A DNA stretch of 64,000 bases from Eledone cirrhosa (Eukaryota): contig OZ024743.1 in NCBI GenBank assembly GCA_964016885.1, positions 2,046,001 through 2,110,000 of the forward strand, written 5' to 3'. The notes under the pieces were generated by a model. It saw nothing but the letters and a program-made list of their open reading frames with translations, made no database searches and was not told the origin of the DNA. Positions 38,431 to 52,700 of the stretch are shown here, in pieces; the first letter of the stretch is position 1, and each line of letters opens with the position of its first letter. The position numbers and the translations under genes are program-made.

Positions 38431-39014
38431 TAATTATTGTGGCTTGCTTCTTAAAAAAAAAAAGCATTTGTCACTCCTCTCTTTATATACTCACACACAC
38501 AATCTCTCTTTCTCGCTCTAGCAATTTTTTTTTAAATCAAAGAACAACACACACGCACACACATCAGCGTGTTGAAAAAAATCCAAATCGATTTCTCTTT
38601 CTCTTTCACTCTCTCTCTCTATATATATATAGTATAGATATACCGGAAGTGTTAAAATTTTAATCTTTTAAAAGAAGTGAATCTTGAACTATGCAATAAT
38701 ATTTTAAATATATGTTTAATCATGTGTTACGAAATTTAGTAGATAAATTATGTAATATCATTCATTATTTATTCAAAGTAATCAAACTTATTTTACAAAC
38801 GGGATAAAAAAATTATATTCTGGACGCAGTCCCGCACTCCTTACTTTATTATAGTTTAGATTGATAAACATACAGAAATACGTGTTTGGCATTCACACAC
38901 AATTCCTAAAAGAGTTGTAGCATGATCAGAGCTTAAACATTCGTAGCGAGACTTACATGTTTATTATACATAAATATACAGTATATGCTTCCATATACAT
39001 CTCTACTATTCTAG

Positions 39015-42000
39015 TTGACCTTCTCCACTAAACGTCTATTGAAGCTGCTTCGTGAGAAATTAATGCTAAGAGTAGGCTATTTAAATGCGCGTGGCCTGGG
39101 CTCAACTTGGAAGCAAGCAATGCTTCTAAATGACCTCAGGTCACAACGTATAGATGTGATGGTTATTTGCGAGGCCCGGATCAGCAACGTGCGACAGCTG
39201 GCCCCCACCTTTGATGACTTTGAGATGCACGCATCTCTCTGTCAGCCCGGAGGTGGGGGTGGGTTGTCGTTCTGCTGCAAAAACATCTGGGTCTGGCAAC
39301 ACAGACGGTACATTTGGACCCGGAGGGTCGACTAGTGGTTCTGGACCTTGGCAGTGGTGAAGGCGGAGCGTTTAGGTTGGTAGCCGCCTACGGCCCTTTC
39401 GGGTCAATGCGGCCGGACTTCTTCCATCGTCTGGAGACTTTTCTAGGGACGTCCCGCTCCTTGCTATTAGCGGGGGACTGGAATGGTATCCTAGATGCAC
39501 GTTGGGACTACGTAGGGGCCTGTCCCGATAGAGAGGGGTGTAATAGCCTCAAAGGGTTAATCGGTCGATTTGACCTGGCCGATAGATATCGACTAGATTT
39601 TCCGACTGCGCCAACCTGGACTTGGGCAAATCTCAGCGGATCATCTAGGTCGTACCTAGATAGGTTCTTAGTTAGAAATAAGGATAAGGACTTTTTAAGT
39701 TGTCCAAAAATGCGCATGGTTGGCTATTCAGACCACAAGTTAGTGAGCTGCATGGTCAACCTTGACAGAACGCATAGACAGGGACCCGGTTACTGGAAGC
39801 TCATCTAGTCCTTACCGGGAAGTAAGGCTTACAGGGACCGGATTAGCACTTTAGTTAAGGAGCGGTTGACGGGCGCCATCGTCAACAGCGGGTGGTGGGG
39901 ATCTCTCAAAAGAGAGATTAGAGTAGTCTCTATAGAATTTAGTAAGGAGTTAGCCTCAAATAGAAATAGTTAGGAAACGGAGTTGGTAGATAGTGTAGAA
40001 GAGGCAATTAGAAGCGGCGACGTGGCCAGAGTGCTCGCGTCGAGAACGGCCCTGGGCCAGTTCTTCGACGCGAAACACGAAGGCTGCATCGTCGGAAGCA
40101 AAATACGTGCTCTGGCAAACGAGGGATCCAAAGCTGTTAGCTGGGCCCGCGTAACAGAAGTCAAAAGAGGGAGTAGATCCACTATTCGGTCTTTGCGAGA
40201 CCAGGATGGACGGGTGATCCTTGAACCTAAGCAGATGTGCGAGGCTTTTCAAAAGCACTTTGCCGGATTGTTCGGAAGGGGTGGGGAGCCGGTTGAGGAT
40301 GTGGACTTCGGTCCATACCTCGACGGCCTGCCGCGTGTCTCGGACAGGGAGGCGAAGTCCTGCGAGGAGCCGATTTCAGCCGCTGAGATAGAGGACGTGC
40401 TGAGCCAATGCGGCAAACGCAAATCCCCGGGTCTCGATGGTCTTCCATACGAACTATATTTAGCTATGTCGGACTTGTTCCCCGATCTCCTCGAGGCGGT
40501 CTACTGCAACTGGCAACAGAACGGGAGAATTCCCTGTGCTGTGACCAAGGGAGTAGTCACGCTAGTGAGGAAGGACGAGAACAAGGGGGACGATATAAAT
40601 AATTTCAGGCCCATAACTCTGCTAAATACAGAGTTACAGATTTTGGCCAAGGTGCTAGCAAAGAGGTTGGCGCTTGTCGTGGGCAACCTGGTGGGAGATG
40701 CGCAGACATATGCTATCCCGTCCAGGTCCATCCACGACAACCTCCACCTCATGCGATACATCATAGAGAGGGTTGGGAACAAACCCGGCTTTGGTGGGGC
40801 CCTGATCAACTTGGATCAATCTAAGGCGTTCGATAGGGTCAACCATGGTTACCTGGATGCGGTGCTAGCGGCGGCAGGCTTCGGACCCGTTTTCAGGAGC
40901 TGGATCAATGCCATGCACAGCAGCCGCATCTGCTCTAGGGTCAAGGTGAACGGCTACCTCTCGGAGCCGTTCGAAATCGCACGGTCCATCCGACAAGGGT
41001 GCCCTCTCTCCTCCCTTCTGTAAGTAATGACTCTAGAGCCACTGCTGCGGAAGTTGGAGTTGTTGCAGGGCATCCCGTTGGAACCGGGATTGCGGAAAGA
41101 GGTGTCGGCCTACGCCGACGACGTAACAGTAATGGTGTCGACGGCCTCGGAAATCGGGGCGATCGGCACCTTACTGGAGGAGTACGAAAGGTTTACAGGG
41201 GCTAAGCTGAACCGGGACAAGTCGATCGGTCTGCAACTCGGCACGTGGAGGGGAAGATCGATGCCCTCCGATGGCGTCGTCGGGCGCTGGACGGAGGGCC
41301 CGGTGAAGTTGCTCGGGGTCTGGTTCGGACCAGACATCCAGGTGGAGAAGAACTGGGGTGAGGTAACGAACAGGGTGTTTGCACTGACCCAGAAGTGGGC
41401 CGAGTGCAAACTGTCCCTGAAAGGCCGGGCGGAGGTGGTGAACACTTATATAGCATCCGTCATCTACTACCGCCTGACCGTTGTGCCTTGCCCAAGGGAA
41501 ACGCTCGCCAAAATGGAGCGCGCACTCTTCCAATTCCTTTGGAAGAAGCGGGCTCCTATGGTGAGGAGATCCATCTGCTGTCAACACCCTTCGAAAGGAG
41601 GGCTGGGGATGTCGTGGCTAATGATACGTAAACACGCATTAAGGCTACGGCACCTCCAGGTATTCCTCACCGGTCAACCGGTGTGGGTCCCGTTTGTGAG
41701 GCGAGCCTTTCCCAGACACGTCTCATTCACCGAGCTTCAATCCTGGGTCAAGCAAAGACCGAGAAAACTGGGCGCCTGGCACACCGAGTATGCCCAGGCG
41801 CTCACGGCTCTTTGGCAGGCGGACCCGGCTGTCAGTGGAGAATCCACCTCGTCATTCTATAGAGGGCTGGTGGTTAGCAGGTGCGACGACGCCCTCGGAG
41901 AAGCCCTAGGCATGGAGGAAGACGAACTGGCCAACCTGTTCGGTAGGACATTCAGCCCGGGACCCATGGATAACTTCCAGAGGTCCCTGGCCTGGCAGTG

Positions 42001-42780
42001 CTACAGAAGGGTTCTGCCCGTTCGAGAAAGGCTCTACAAACACGGGCGCCCGGGTAGGGACCCCTCGAAAAATATCTGTCCCAGATGCGTGTGCGACGAG
42101 GAAACCGTTGCACACGCATTGGTACACTGCTCGGGCATTGCCGATCTGTGGGGCTATGTCGAACAACTGTTGTCAAGGGTGGGACCGATCCGGTTGACCA
42201 CCGAGTCTATTGTAACGATCAAGCCGCCTCCCCTCTTCAAAAACGAAGGAGAGGCGGTGTTTCTGTGCGTAATAGCCATGGCGAAAGAGGTTGTATGGTG
42301 GACGCGTCTGAAAGGACTGAGGTCAGACACCTTTCTCTCTGGCCAACAACTGGTCCGTTTCTTCCGATATCATTTCGGAAGAAGAATCAGGATGGAGAGA
42401 GAGGTGCTGCACCCCAGTCGTTTTTATGAAAGATGGGTGAAAGTGGCGAGAATGGCCCGTGTGAATGGGCCTTCACTCTACATCAGACTATAGGTGAGGA
42501 AGATGAAAGACCAAGGGAGCACCCCCTCTCTGTGCTCCTGAGGAGAAGGGTTGCACACTTTTTTTCGGGGGTGTGTGCGACCCCCCAAGGCGCCTCCCCC
42601 CTATGGAGGATTTTGTTATAAATTTTATTTTGTTATATTTTATTTTATTTTTATATTTTGTTATTGCCTCCTCCATATTGAAGACGCCTTTGCATGTAAA
42701 CTCCCCCCTTTGTACTTGTCCCACTTTTGATGCCCTGGTGGCAAATAAAAAGAAAGTTATCTATCTATCTATCTATCTAT
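39015..42780 (+). mobile_element. L1-Tx1-clade LINE copy 1 (ORF2 only, disrupted)
   Basis: APE endonuclease (LNARGL, GDWN, SRSYLDRF, SDHK), RT (SPGLDG, DQSKAFD, RQGCPLS, YADD) and C-terminal CPRC...HALVHC. Stops at ~39806, ~39970 and ~41021 and a frameshift at ~39260. Ends AATAAA..(TCTA)n. Confidence 0.92.
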
Positions 42781-42782
42781 CT

Positions 42783-43260
42783 CCTCTGTACGGTGGCTAT
42801 GGTGAAAGAAGTTATATGGTGGACGAGGTTGAGAGGACTGAGGACAGATGCCTTTCTCTCCGGACAACAATTGATTCCATTCTTTAAGTATCACTTTAGA
42901 AGGAGAATCAGGGTGGAGAGAGAGGCACTGCACCCCAGTAAATTTACTGAAAGGTGGGTGAATGAAGCGAAAATGGCCCGAGTGATTGGGCCTTCTCTGT
43001 TTATAAGCCTGTAGGTTGAGGAAGAGAGCAAAAGGAAGAAAGGAGCACTTGCACAACACGCTCCTTGAGTTGAGGGTTGTTCTATCGACGGGGTATTAAA
43101 CAACCCATTTGTGGCGCCTCCCCCCTATTGGGGATTTCGATTGTTGAAATTGTTTGTTTTTATATTTTTTACACGACTGTATGTAAAATCCCCGGCATGT
43201 CTTTGTATTGTCCCCTTTCTTGTTGCGCCCTTGTGGCTAATAAAGAAATCTATCTATCTT
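42783..43260 (+). mobile_element. L1-Tx1 copy 2, short 3' fragment of a diverged subfamily
   Basis: CTVAMVKEVIWWTRLRGL...RWVNEAKMARVIGPSL*, then a 3' UTR ending AATAAAGAAATCTATCTATC. Confidence 0.85.
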
Positions 43261-46200
43261 GATAGAGTGAGACACGCTTCACATCGGCTCTGCTATTCTA
43301 TCGGAATTCACCCTTACTATAGAAAGTACCAGTGAATTTTTTCAGTGCAACACATTTGGAACACTTACCCCTGTTATTTAGGGAAACATTTTTACATTTA
43401 CCCCCTTTTTAGGGGGTAAAATAAATAACTATTTTTCTGTAAAACTTCTTTCTTGGCCGCATGGCGGGAAAGATGGCAGACATGTCTGCCATTAGCTCTG
43501 CCACGCCCTCCAAGTCTGAAGAACAAAAAATGGATACAACAAAACTAGACAACGAAACAAACAAGGAAAATGAAAAAACAAATGTTACGGAAAATGAGCA
43601 AACGGAAAACAAACAAACAGAAAATAAGAATACAAAAAACAACAAGGCAACTTTCGCCCAGACAACAAAAAATCAATCACATATACACCTATTGACTTAA
43701 CTGCCGCCAGAGAGAAACTGGCAGAAACAAGAAAGCACATAGTCTTGGGGGAGAACGGAATGTTTTCTATTAATCCCCCCCCCCCCCAGAATTCAAGAAA
43801 ACGAGACAAGAAAACACTGTTCTGTTTAGAACAGTTTTAAACAACACAAGGAAGCCAGCACAACCCACCCAAACGGAGATAGAGTTGGTCCTAAAAGACC
43901 ATATGAAGAATATTCTCTTCATACGAAAGGACCGACTCTATGGCAGCATTTCTGTTTTAACAAAAGACAAAGAAACAGCACAGAGGCTTTCCCTAAGCCC
44001 ACTCACATCAACAGCATACAGTTTCTATCCCTCCTACATGGGTAGAAGAACTCAGAGAATCAAAATACAGACAATGCTGCTGCCCACAATGGACTTCTGG
44101 TGGGCTAATGCTGGCTTCATAGACATGGGCGAGGACACAGTGCTGTCAATGAGGAAGGCATCTGGAGATGCGTTCCTGGGAATGGGCCTCGACCTACTAG
44201 TACAAATGAGGCCCGAAAGAATAGCGCAAATCCCGGATCGCATCTGGCTGGATGACCTCACTCCAATATATATAATTGTAGAGGGGAGAAGACCAGCATG
44301 CTATTCATGCATGAAAAGGGGACATGTTAAGGCTAACTGCCCGAATCGTATCCCCCAAAAAGGACTATTGCCCACACCCACCACAAACAGTACACCAACA
44401 CCACCCACCTCCAAAAATACACTAACACCACCAACACACACAGCAAACAAAATACAGACACCACCAACCACAAGCACAACACAAACATCACCACTACCAG
44501 CACCAAACACAAGCACGACACAAAAATCACCACCACCATCACCAACCACAAGCACAACACAAACATCACCACCACCATCACCAACCACAAGCACGACACA
44601 AACATCACCACCACCACCACAAAACACATTCCAAACAAATAATATAAAAAACAGCAACAATTCTACCCCTCCCGCAAAAAAAACAACCAGACACCACGTC
44701 CCTCCCACCTAGCGCTGAAGAGTTTCCCCCAACTTCTGAAGAAGAAGGAGGAGAAGCCTTCAGACAAGTTAAAAGGAAAAAAACGAAAGCACACACCCAG
44801 CACACCACAACAACAAATAACCCACACACAAACACCAACTCCAATCAAAAACACCCCACCCTCGACAAACAAAAATAAATCTGCGCCTCCCCTCTTCGAA
44901 ACATTGACAGCATCACAAAAAAAGACTTTACAATACACATATATAAATAAAGAAAACAAAAAACTGTTTAAATTAATAAACAATAGCCCTTTGGTGCAGA
45001 CTGAAGGGCCAAACTTTATCTCAACAGAGAACTTTACTCATTTAAAAATGATAAAGGTCCCTCTGGACCTTTATCGTTCCTTAAAAGAACAATTTAAACA
45101 GGACGTGAGCGCCCCCCCCCTGTTTATAACCGTTAAATCGCGTCCTCTTGAAAGATTTCCCCATAACCTCCCCTCTCCCTGACACAACTCCAAATACCCC
45201 AACCCCACCACACTCGGATACCCCCACACCACCACAAAACATCCCTCCACCCAACACACCCGACCCCATGGAAATTACACAACCCGGACTCCGGGACGCG
45301 GAGAGGTAGGTGTTTTTCTTTCTTCCCTTTCAACACCAAAACAGATCAATTGAGAGTTGGTTGTTTGAATGCGCGTGGCCTGGGCTCAGCTTGGAAGCAA
45401 GCAAAGCTTCTAAGTGACCTCAGGTCACGAAGTATAGATGTGATGGTTGTTTGCGAGAGTCGGATCAGCAGCGTGCGACAGCTGACTCCCGCCTTCGATG
45501 ACTTTGAGATGCACGCATCTCTCTGACAACCCGGAGGTGGGGGTGGGGTTGCCGTACTGCTGGATAAACGTCTGGCTCTCGACGTACAGATTGTTCACTC
45601 AGACCCAGAGGGTCGATTACTGGTGCTGGACGTCGGAGGCGGGGCTTTCAGACTGGTCGGTCTTTATGCCCCCTTCGGGGCTGAAAGAGCCGACTTCTTC
45701 CAGCGTCTGGAGACTTTTCTAGGATCGTCGCGTTCCCTACTTTTAGTGGGGGACTGGAATGGAATCCTAGATGCGCGTTGTGACTATGCAGGGGCATGTC
45801 CCGATAGAGGGGGGTGTAGCAGCCTCAAGGGGTTACTCGATCGATTCGACCTGGTCGATAGATTTCGACTAGATTTTCCAACTGTGCCAACCTGGACTTG
45901 GGCAAACCGCAGTGGTCAATCTAGATCGTACCTAGATAGGTTTTTGGTTAGGAGTAAGGATAGGGACGTATTTAGTTGTCCAGAATTGCTCATGGTTGGC
46001 TATTCAGATCACAAATTAGTGACCTGCGTGGTCAACCTTGATAGAACGCATAGACAGGGTCCCGGATACTGGAAGATGAACTTGTCCTTGCCGGCAAAGG
46101 AAGCTTACAGGAACCGGATTAGTAGCTTAGTTAAGATGCGGTTGACGGGAGCGATCGTCAACAGCAGGTGGTGGGTATCTCTAAAGAGAGAGATTAGAGT

Positions 46201-49015
46201 AAGTTCGATAGGTTACAGTAAGGAACTAGCGGCGAATAGAAATAGGAGGGAAAGGGAGTTGACAGAAAAACAAGAAGAGGCGATTAGGAGCGGAGACGTG
46301 GCCAGAGTGTTAGCGTCGAGAACGGCGTTGAGCCAGTTCTTTGACGCAAAGCACGAAGGCTGCGTTGTCCGAAGTAAAATACGTGTTTTAGGAAACGAGG
46401 GGACCAAAGCTGTTAGCTGGGCCCGCGTGACAGGAGCCAAGAGTGGGAATAAATCCACCATTCGGTCTTTGCGAGACCAGGATGGACGGGTGATCCTTGA
46501 ACCTGAGCGGATGTGCGAGGCCTTTCAAAGGCACTTTGTTCGACTGTTCGGAGGGGGTGGGGGGCCGGACGGGGATGCGGACTTCGGTCAATACCTCGAC
46601 GGTCTACCGCGTCTTTCGAGTGGCGAAGCGGAGTGCTGCGAAAGGCAAATCACAGCCACTGAAATCGGGGAAGCGCTCAGCCAATGCAGCAGACGCAAAT
46701 CTCCGGGTCTCGATGGTCTACCATACGAACTTTATTTAGCTATGCTGGTCTTGTTCTCCGAACTCCTCGAGGCTGTCTATTGCAACTGGCAACAGAACGG
46801 GAGAATTCCCTGTTCTGTGACCAAGAGCGTAGTCACGCTAGTGAGGAAGGACGAGAGCAAGGGGGACGACTTAAGTAACTTTAGGCCCATAACTCTGCTG
46901 AATGCAGAGTTACAGATTTTGGCCAAGGTGTTAGCGAAGAGGTTGGCGCTTGTGGTGGGTGGTTTGGTGGGAGACGCGCAGACATGCGCTACCCCATCCA
47001 GGTCCATTCACGACAACCTCCACCTCATGCGATACATCGTAGAGAGGGTTGGGAACAAACCCGGCTTTGGTGGGGCCCTGATCAACTTGGATCAATCTAA
47101 GGCGTTCGATAGGGTCGACCATGGTTACCTGGATGCGGTGCTAGCGGCGGCGGGCTTCGGACCCGTTTTCAGGAGCTGGATTTCTGCCATGCACAGTGGC
47201 AACGTCTGCTCTAGGGTTAAAGTAAACGGCTACCTCTCGGAGCCGTTTCAAATCACCCGGTCCATCAGGCAGGGGTGCCCCCACTTCTCCCTTCTGTACG
47301 TATTGGCTCTCGAGCCACTGCTGCGGAAGTTAGAGTTGCTGCGGGGCATACCCCTGGAACCGGGATTGCACAAAGCGGTCTCGGCCTATGCCGACGACGT
47401 AACAGTAATGGTGGCGGACGCCTCGGAAATCGGGGCGATCGCCTTCCTACTGGAGAAATACGAAAGGCTGACGGGGGCTAGGCTGAACCGGGACAAGTCA
47501 GTCGGTTTGCAACTCGGAACGTGGAGGGGCAAACCGATGCCGTTAGACGGTGTCGTCGGACGGTGGACGGAGGGCCCGGTGAAGCTGCTCGGAATCTGGT
47601 TCGGACCGGACCTCCAGGTGGAGAAGAATTGGGGCGAGGTGACGAGCAGGGTGTTTGCACTGATCCAGAAGTGGGCCAAGTGCAAACTATCACTGAAAGG
47701 TCGGGTGGAGGTGGCGAACGCTTACATAGTGTCCGTCATCTACTACCGCCTGACCGTTGTGCCTTGCCCAAAGGAAACGCTCACCATCATGGAGCGCATG
47801 CTCTTCCAGTTCCTCTGGAAGAAGCGGCCTCCCATGGTGAGGAGATCCATCTGCTGCCAGCACCCTTCGAAAGGAGGGCTGAGTATGCCGTGGCTGTTGA
47901 TGCGTAGGTACGCATTGAGGCTACGGCATCTACAGGTATTCCTCACCGGTCAGCCGGTGTGGGCCCCGTTTGTGAGGCGAGCCTTCCCACAGCTCGTCTC
48001 GCTCACTGAGTTGCAATCCTGGGTGAAGCAAAGACCGAGAAAACTGGGCAACTGGCACACCGAGTGTGCCCAGGCGCTCACGGCTCTCTGGCAAGCGGAT
48101 CCGACTATCAGTGGAGAATCCACCTCGACATTCTATAGAGGGCTGGTGGCTAGCAGGGGTGACACCCTTGGAGAGTCGCTAGGCATGGAGGAGGACGAAC
48201 TGGCCAGCCTGTTCGGTAGAACTTTCGGCCCGGGACCCATGGACAACTTCCAGAGGTCCCTAGCCTGGCAGTGCTACCGGGGGCTCTGCCCGTTCGAGAA
48301 AAGCTCTACAGACACGGGCGCCCGAGCAGGGATCCCGCGAAAAAGATCTGTCCCAGATGCGTGTGCGACGAGGAAACCGTTGCGCACGCACTGGTACACT
48401 GCCCGGGCGTTGCCGATCTGTGGGGCTACGTCGAACGACTGCTGTCGCGTGTGGCGCCGATTCGATTGGCCGCCGAGTCCGTGGTGAACATCAAGCCGCC
48501 TCCTCCCTTCAGAAATGAAGCAGAGGCGGTCTTTCTGTGCGTAATAGCCATGATGAAAGAGGTTGTGTGGTGGACGCGCCTGAAAGGTCTGAAGTCGGGT
48601 GACTTTCTCTCCGGCCATCATCTGGTTTACTTCTTCCGATACCACTTCGGAAGAAGGATCAGGATGGAGAGAGAAGTGCTTGGCCCCAGACAGTTTTATG
48701 AAAGGTGGGTGAAAGTGGCGAGAATGGCTCGTGTAAATGGGCCTTCTCTCTACATTGTTCTGTAGGTGAAGAAGTGAAGAGGAAAGGGGGAGCGCCTCGT
48801 CTCTGGGCTTCCGCCGGGAAAAGGGTTGCACACTTTTCGGGGTTATGTGCAATCCCCAACACGCCCCCTCCCTTTTGAGGACTTTTTATTATTATATTAT
48901 TATTGTTATTCCTTTTTTTCTTTACTCGATTTATGTAAACTCCCCCACTGTGTATTTGTCCCCCTCTTTTGTGCCCTCGTGGCAAATAAATAGAAATCTA
49001 TCTATCTCTCTATCT
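43261..49015 (+). mobile_element. L1-Tx1 copy 3, near full-length (ORF1 plus ORF2, disrupted)
   Basis: ORF1 from ATG 43461 has a CCHC knuckle (CYSCMKRGHVKANC) and a Thr/Pro repeat. ORF2 (~45268-48765) has APE, RT YADD and the C-terminal zinc motif, with a stop at ~45525 and a frameshift at ~48280. Ends AATAAATAGAAATCTATCTATC. Confidence 0.92.
44455..44620 (+). repeat. 39-bp coding tandem repeat in Tx1 ORF1
   Basis: About 4 copies of (TTSTTQTSPPPSP). Confidence 0.8.
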
Positions 49016-49709
49016 CTCAATGTAATCAATATATGTGTGCCTGTGTGTGTGTGTGTGTAACTCTGTGTGTATGTATCTGTGTTTCTGTATGTGAGTGTCA
49101 GTGTACGTTTCTCTGTGTGTAGGCGTGTGTCTGTCTGTGTGTAAGTGCATGTTTGTGTGTGTATCAACTGAATGGGGGAGATTACCTCCCCGCCATTACA
49201 CTGATGGAATTACAACTTTAACTTCACTATTATAGAAGGAGAAATACTTATTTCATGTCATTCTCACTGGTTGTTGGCAACTTGATGATCTCTTAATTGG
49301 ACAGAGACATACCTTCGTCTTCGTCATACTTCACCTGTCCATCATTTCCCCTTTCCATCAGTCCACTCCCCATTCGCAGACCTGTCGACTCTCCCCGTTG
49401 AACGGGGACATCTCCCACCCACTTTGGGAAGGTGGGGGTGAGATATGTGTTCTCTTGTGAAAAAGGGTATAGCTTTCATTATATAAAATCTCCCTATTTT
49501 GCCTCACTGCTCCCCGTTTTGGAGGCACTATTTTCCATGGTACTCCCCGTTTGGGTTTTTAAAGGATGGCAAGTCTGCATTCGTTCTCATCAATCTGCGA
49601 CTCTATTCATAAGTATCACTCTGTTAGTCTATCAGTCCACTTCCCCATTCCTCCATTTACTAATCTGTCCACTAACCAATTCATCAGTCCACGTATCAAC
49701 TCACACATC

Positions 49710-52700
49710 GATCACTCCATCTGTCCATTCAACCATTCATCACTCCATCTGTCCACTCCACCATCCGTCAGTCCATCTGTCCACTCCACCATCCATCACT
49801 CCATCTGTCCACTCCACCATCCGTCACTCCATCTGTCCACTCCACCATCCGTCACTCCATCTGCCCACTCCACCATTCATCACTCCATCTGTCCACTCCA
49901 CCATCTATCAGTCCATCTGTCCACTCCACCATCCGTCAGTCCATCTGTCCACTCCACCATCCATCACTCCATCTGTCCACTCCACCATCCGTCACTCCAT
50001 CTGCCCACTCCACCATCCGTCATTCCATCTGTCCACTCCACCATTCATCACTCCATCTGTCCACTCCACCATTCATCACTCCATCTGTCCACTCCACCAT
50101 TCGTCACTCCATCTGTCCACTCCACCATCCGTCACTCCATCTGTCCACTCCACCATCCGTCACTCCATCTGTCCACTCCACCATCCGTCACTCCATCTGT
50201 CCACGCCACCATTCATCACTCCATCTGTCCACTCCACCATCCATCAGTCCATCTGTCCACTCCACCATCCGCCACTCCATCTGTCCACTCCACCATCCGT
50301 CACTCCATCTGTCCAATCCACCATCCGTCACTCCATCTGTCCACTCCACCATCCGTCACTCCATCTGCCCACTCCACCATTCATCACTCCATCTGTCCAC
50401 TCCACCATCCATCAGTCCATCTGTCCACTCCACCATCCGTCAGTCCATCTGTCCACTCTACCATCCATCAGTCCATCTGTCCAATCTACCATCCGTCATT
50501 CCATCTGTCCACTCCACCATACGTCACTCCATCTGTCCACTCCACCATCCGTCACTCCATCTGTCCACTCCACCATCCGTCACTCCATCTGTCCACTCCA
50601 GCATTCATCACTCCATCTGTCCACTCCACCATCCATCAGTCCATCTGTCCACTCCACCATCCGTCAGTCCATCTGTCCACTCCACCATCCGTCACTCCAT
50701 CTGTCCATTCCACCATCCGTCACTCCATCTGCCCACTCCACCATCCGTCATTCCATCTGTCCACTCCACCATTCATCACTCCATCTGTCCACTCCACCAT
50801 TCATCACTCCATCTGTCCACTCCACCATCCGTCACTCCATCTGTCCACTCCACGATCCGTCACTCCATCTGTCCACTCCACCATCCATCAGTCCATCTGT
50901 CCACTCCACCATCCGCCACTCCATCTGTAGACTCCACCATCCGTCACTCCATCTGTCCAATCCACCATCCGTCACTCCATCTGTCCACTCCACCATCCGT
51001 CACTCCATCTGCCCACTCCACCATTCATCACTCCACCTGCCCACTCCACCATCCATCAGTCCATCTGTCCACTCCACCATCCGTCACTCCATCTGTCCAT
51101 TCCACCATCCGTCACTCCATCTGTCCACTCCACCATCCGTCACTCCATCTGTCCACTCCACCATCCGTCACTCCATCTGTCCACTCCACCATCCGTCACT
51201 CCATCTGTCCATTCCACCATCCGTCACTCCATCTGTCCACTCCACCATCCATCAGTCCATCTGTCCACTCCACCATCCGTCAGTCCATCTGTCCATTCCA
51301 CCATCCGTCACTCCATCTGTCCACTCCACCATCCGTCACTCCATCTGTCCATTCCACCATCCGTCACTCCATCTGTCCACTCCACCATCCGTCACTCCAT
51401 CTGTCCACTCCACCATCCGTCACTCCATCTGTCCATTCCACCATCCGTCACTCCATCTGTCCATTCCACCATCCGTCATTCCATCTGTCCACTCCACCAT
51501 CCATCAGTCCATCTATCCACTCCACTATCCATCAGTCCATCTGTCCACTCCACCATCCGTCAGTCCATCTGTCCATTCCACCATCCGTCACTCCATCTGT
51601 CCACTCCACCATCCGTCACTCCATCTGTCCACTCCACCATCCGTCACTCCATCTGTCCATTCCACCATCCGTCACTCCATCTGTCCACTCCACCATCCGT
51701 CACTCCATCTGTCCATTCCACCATCCGTCACTCCATCTGTCCATTCCACCATCCGTCAGTCCATCTGTCCACTCCACCATCGGTCAGTCCATCTGTCCAC
51801 ACCACCATCCATCAGTCCATCTGTCCACTCCACCATCCGTCACTCCATCTGTCCACTCCACCATCCGTCACTCCATCTGTCCACTCCATCATCCGTCACT
51901 CCATCTGTCCATTCCACCATCCGTCACTCCATCTGTCCACTCCACCATCCGTCACTCCATCTGCCCACTCCAGCATTCATCACTCCAATTGTCCACTCCA
52001 CCATCCATCAGTCCATCTGTCCACTCCACCGTCCGTCAGTCCATCTGTCCACTCCACCATCCGTCACTTCATCTGTCCATTCCACCATCCGTCACTCCAT
52101 CTGTCCACTCCACCATCCGTCACTCCATCTGCCCACTCCAGCATTCATCACTCCATCTGTCCACTCCACCATCCATCAGTCCATCTGTCCACTCCACCAT
52201 CCGTCAGTCCATCTGTCCACTCCACCATCCGTCACTTCATCTGTCCATTCCACCATCCGTCACTCCATCTGTCCACTCCACCATCCGTCAGTCCATCTGT
52301 CCACTCCACCATCCGTCACTCCATCTGTCCACTCCACCATCCGCCAGTCCATCTGTCCACTCTACCATCCATCAGTCCATCTGTCCACTCTACCATCCGT
52401 CAGTCCATCTGTCCATTCCACCATCCGTCACTCCATCTGTCCACTCCACCATCCGTCACTCCATCTGCCCACTCCAGCATTCATCACTCCATCTGTCCAC
52501 TCCACCATTCATCACTCCATCTGTCCACTCCACCATCCATCAGTCCATCTGTCCACTCCACCATCCGTCAGTCCATCTGTCCACTCTACCATCCATCAGT
52601 CCATCTGTCCAATCTACCATCCGTCATTCCATCTGTCCACTCCACCATCCATCACTCCATCTGTCCACTCCACCATCCGTCACTCCATCTGTCCACTCCA

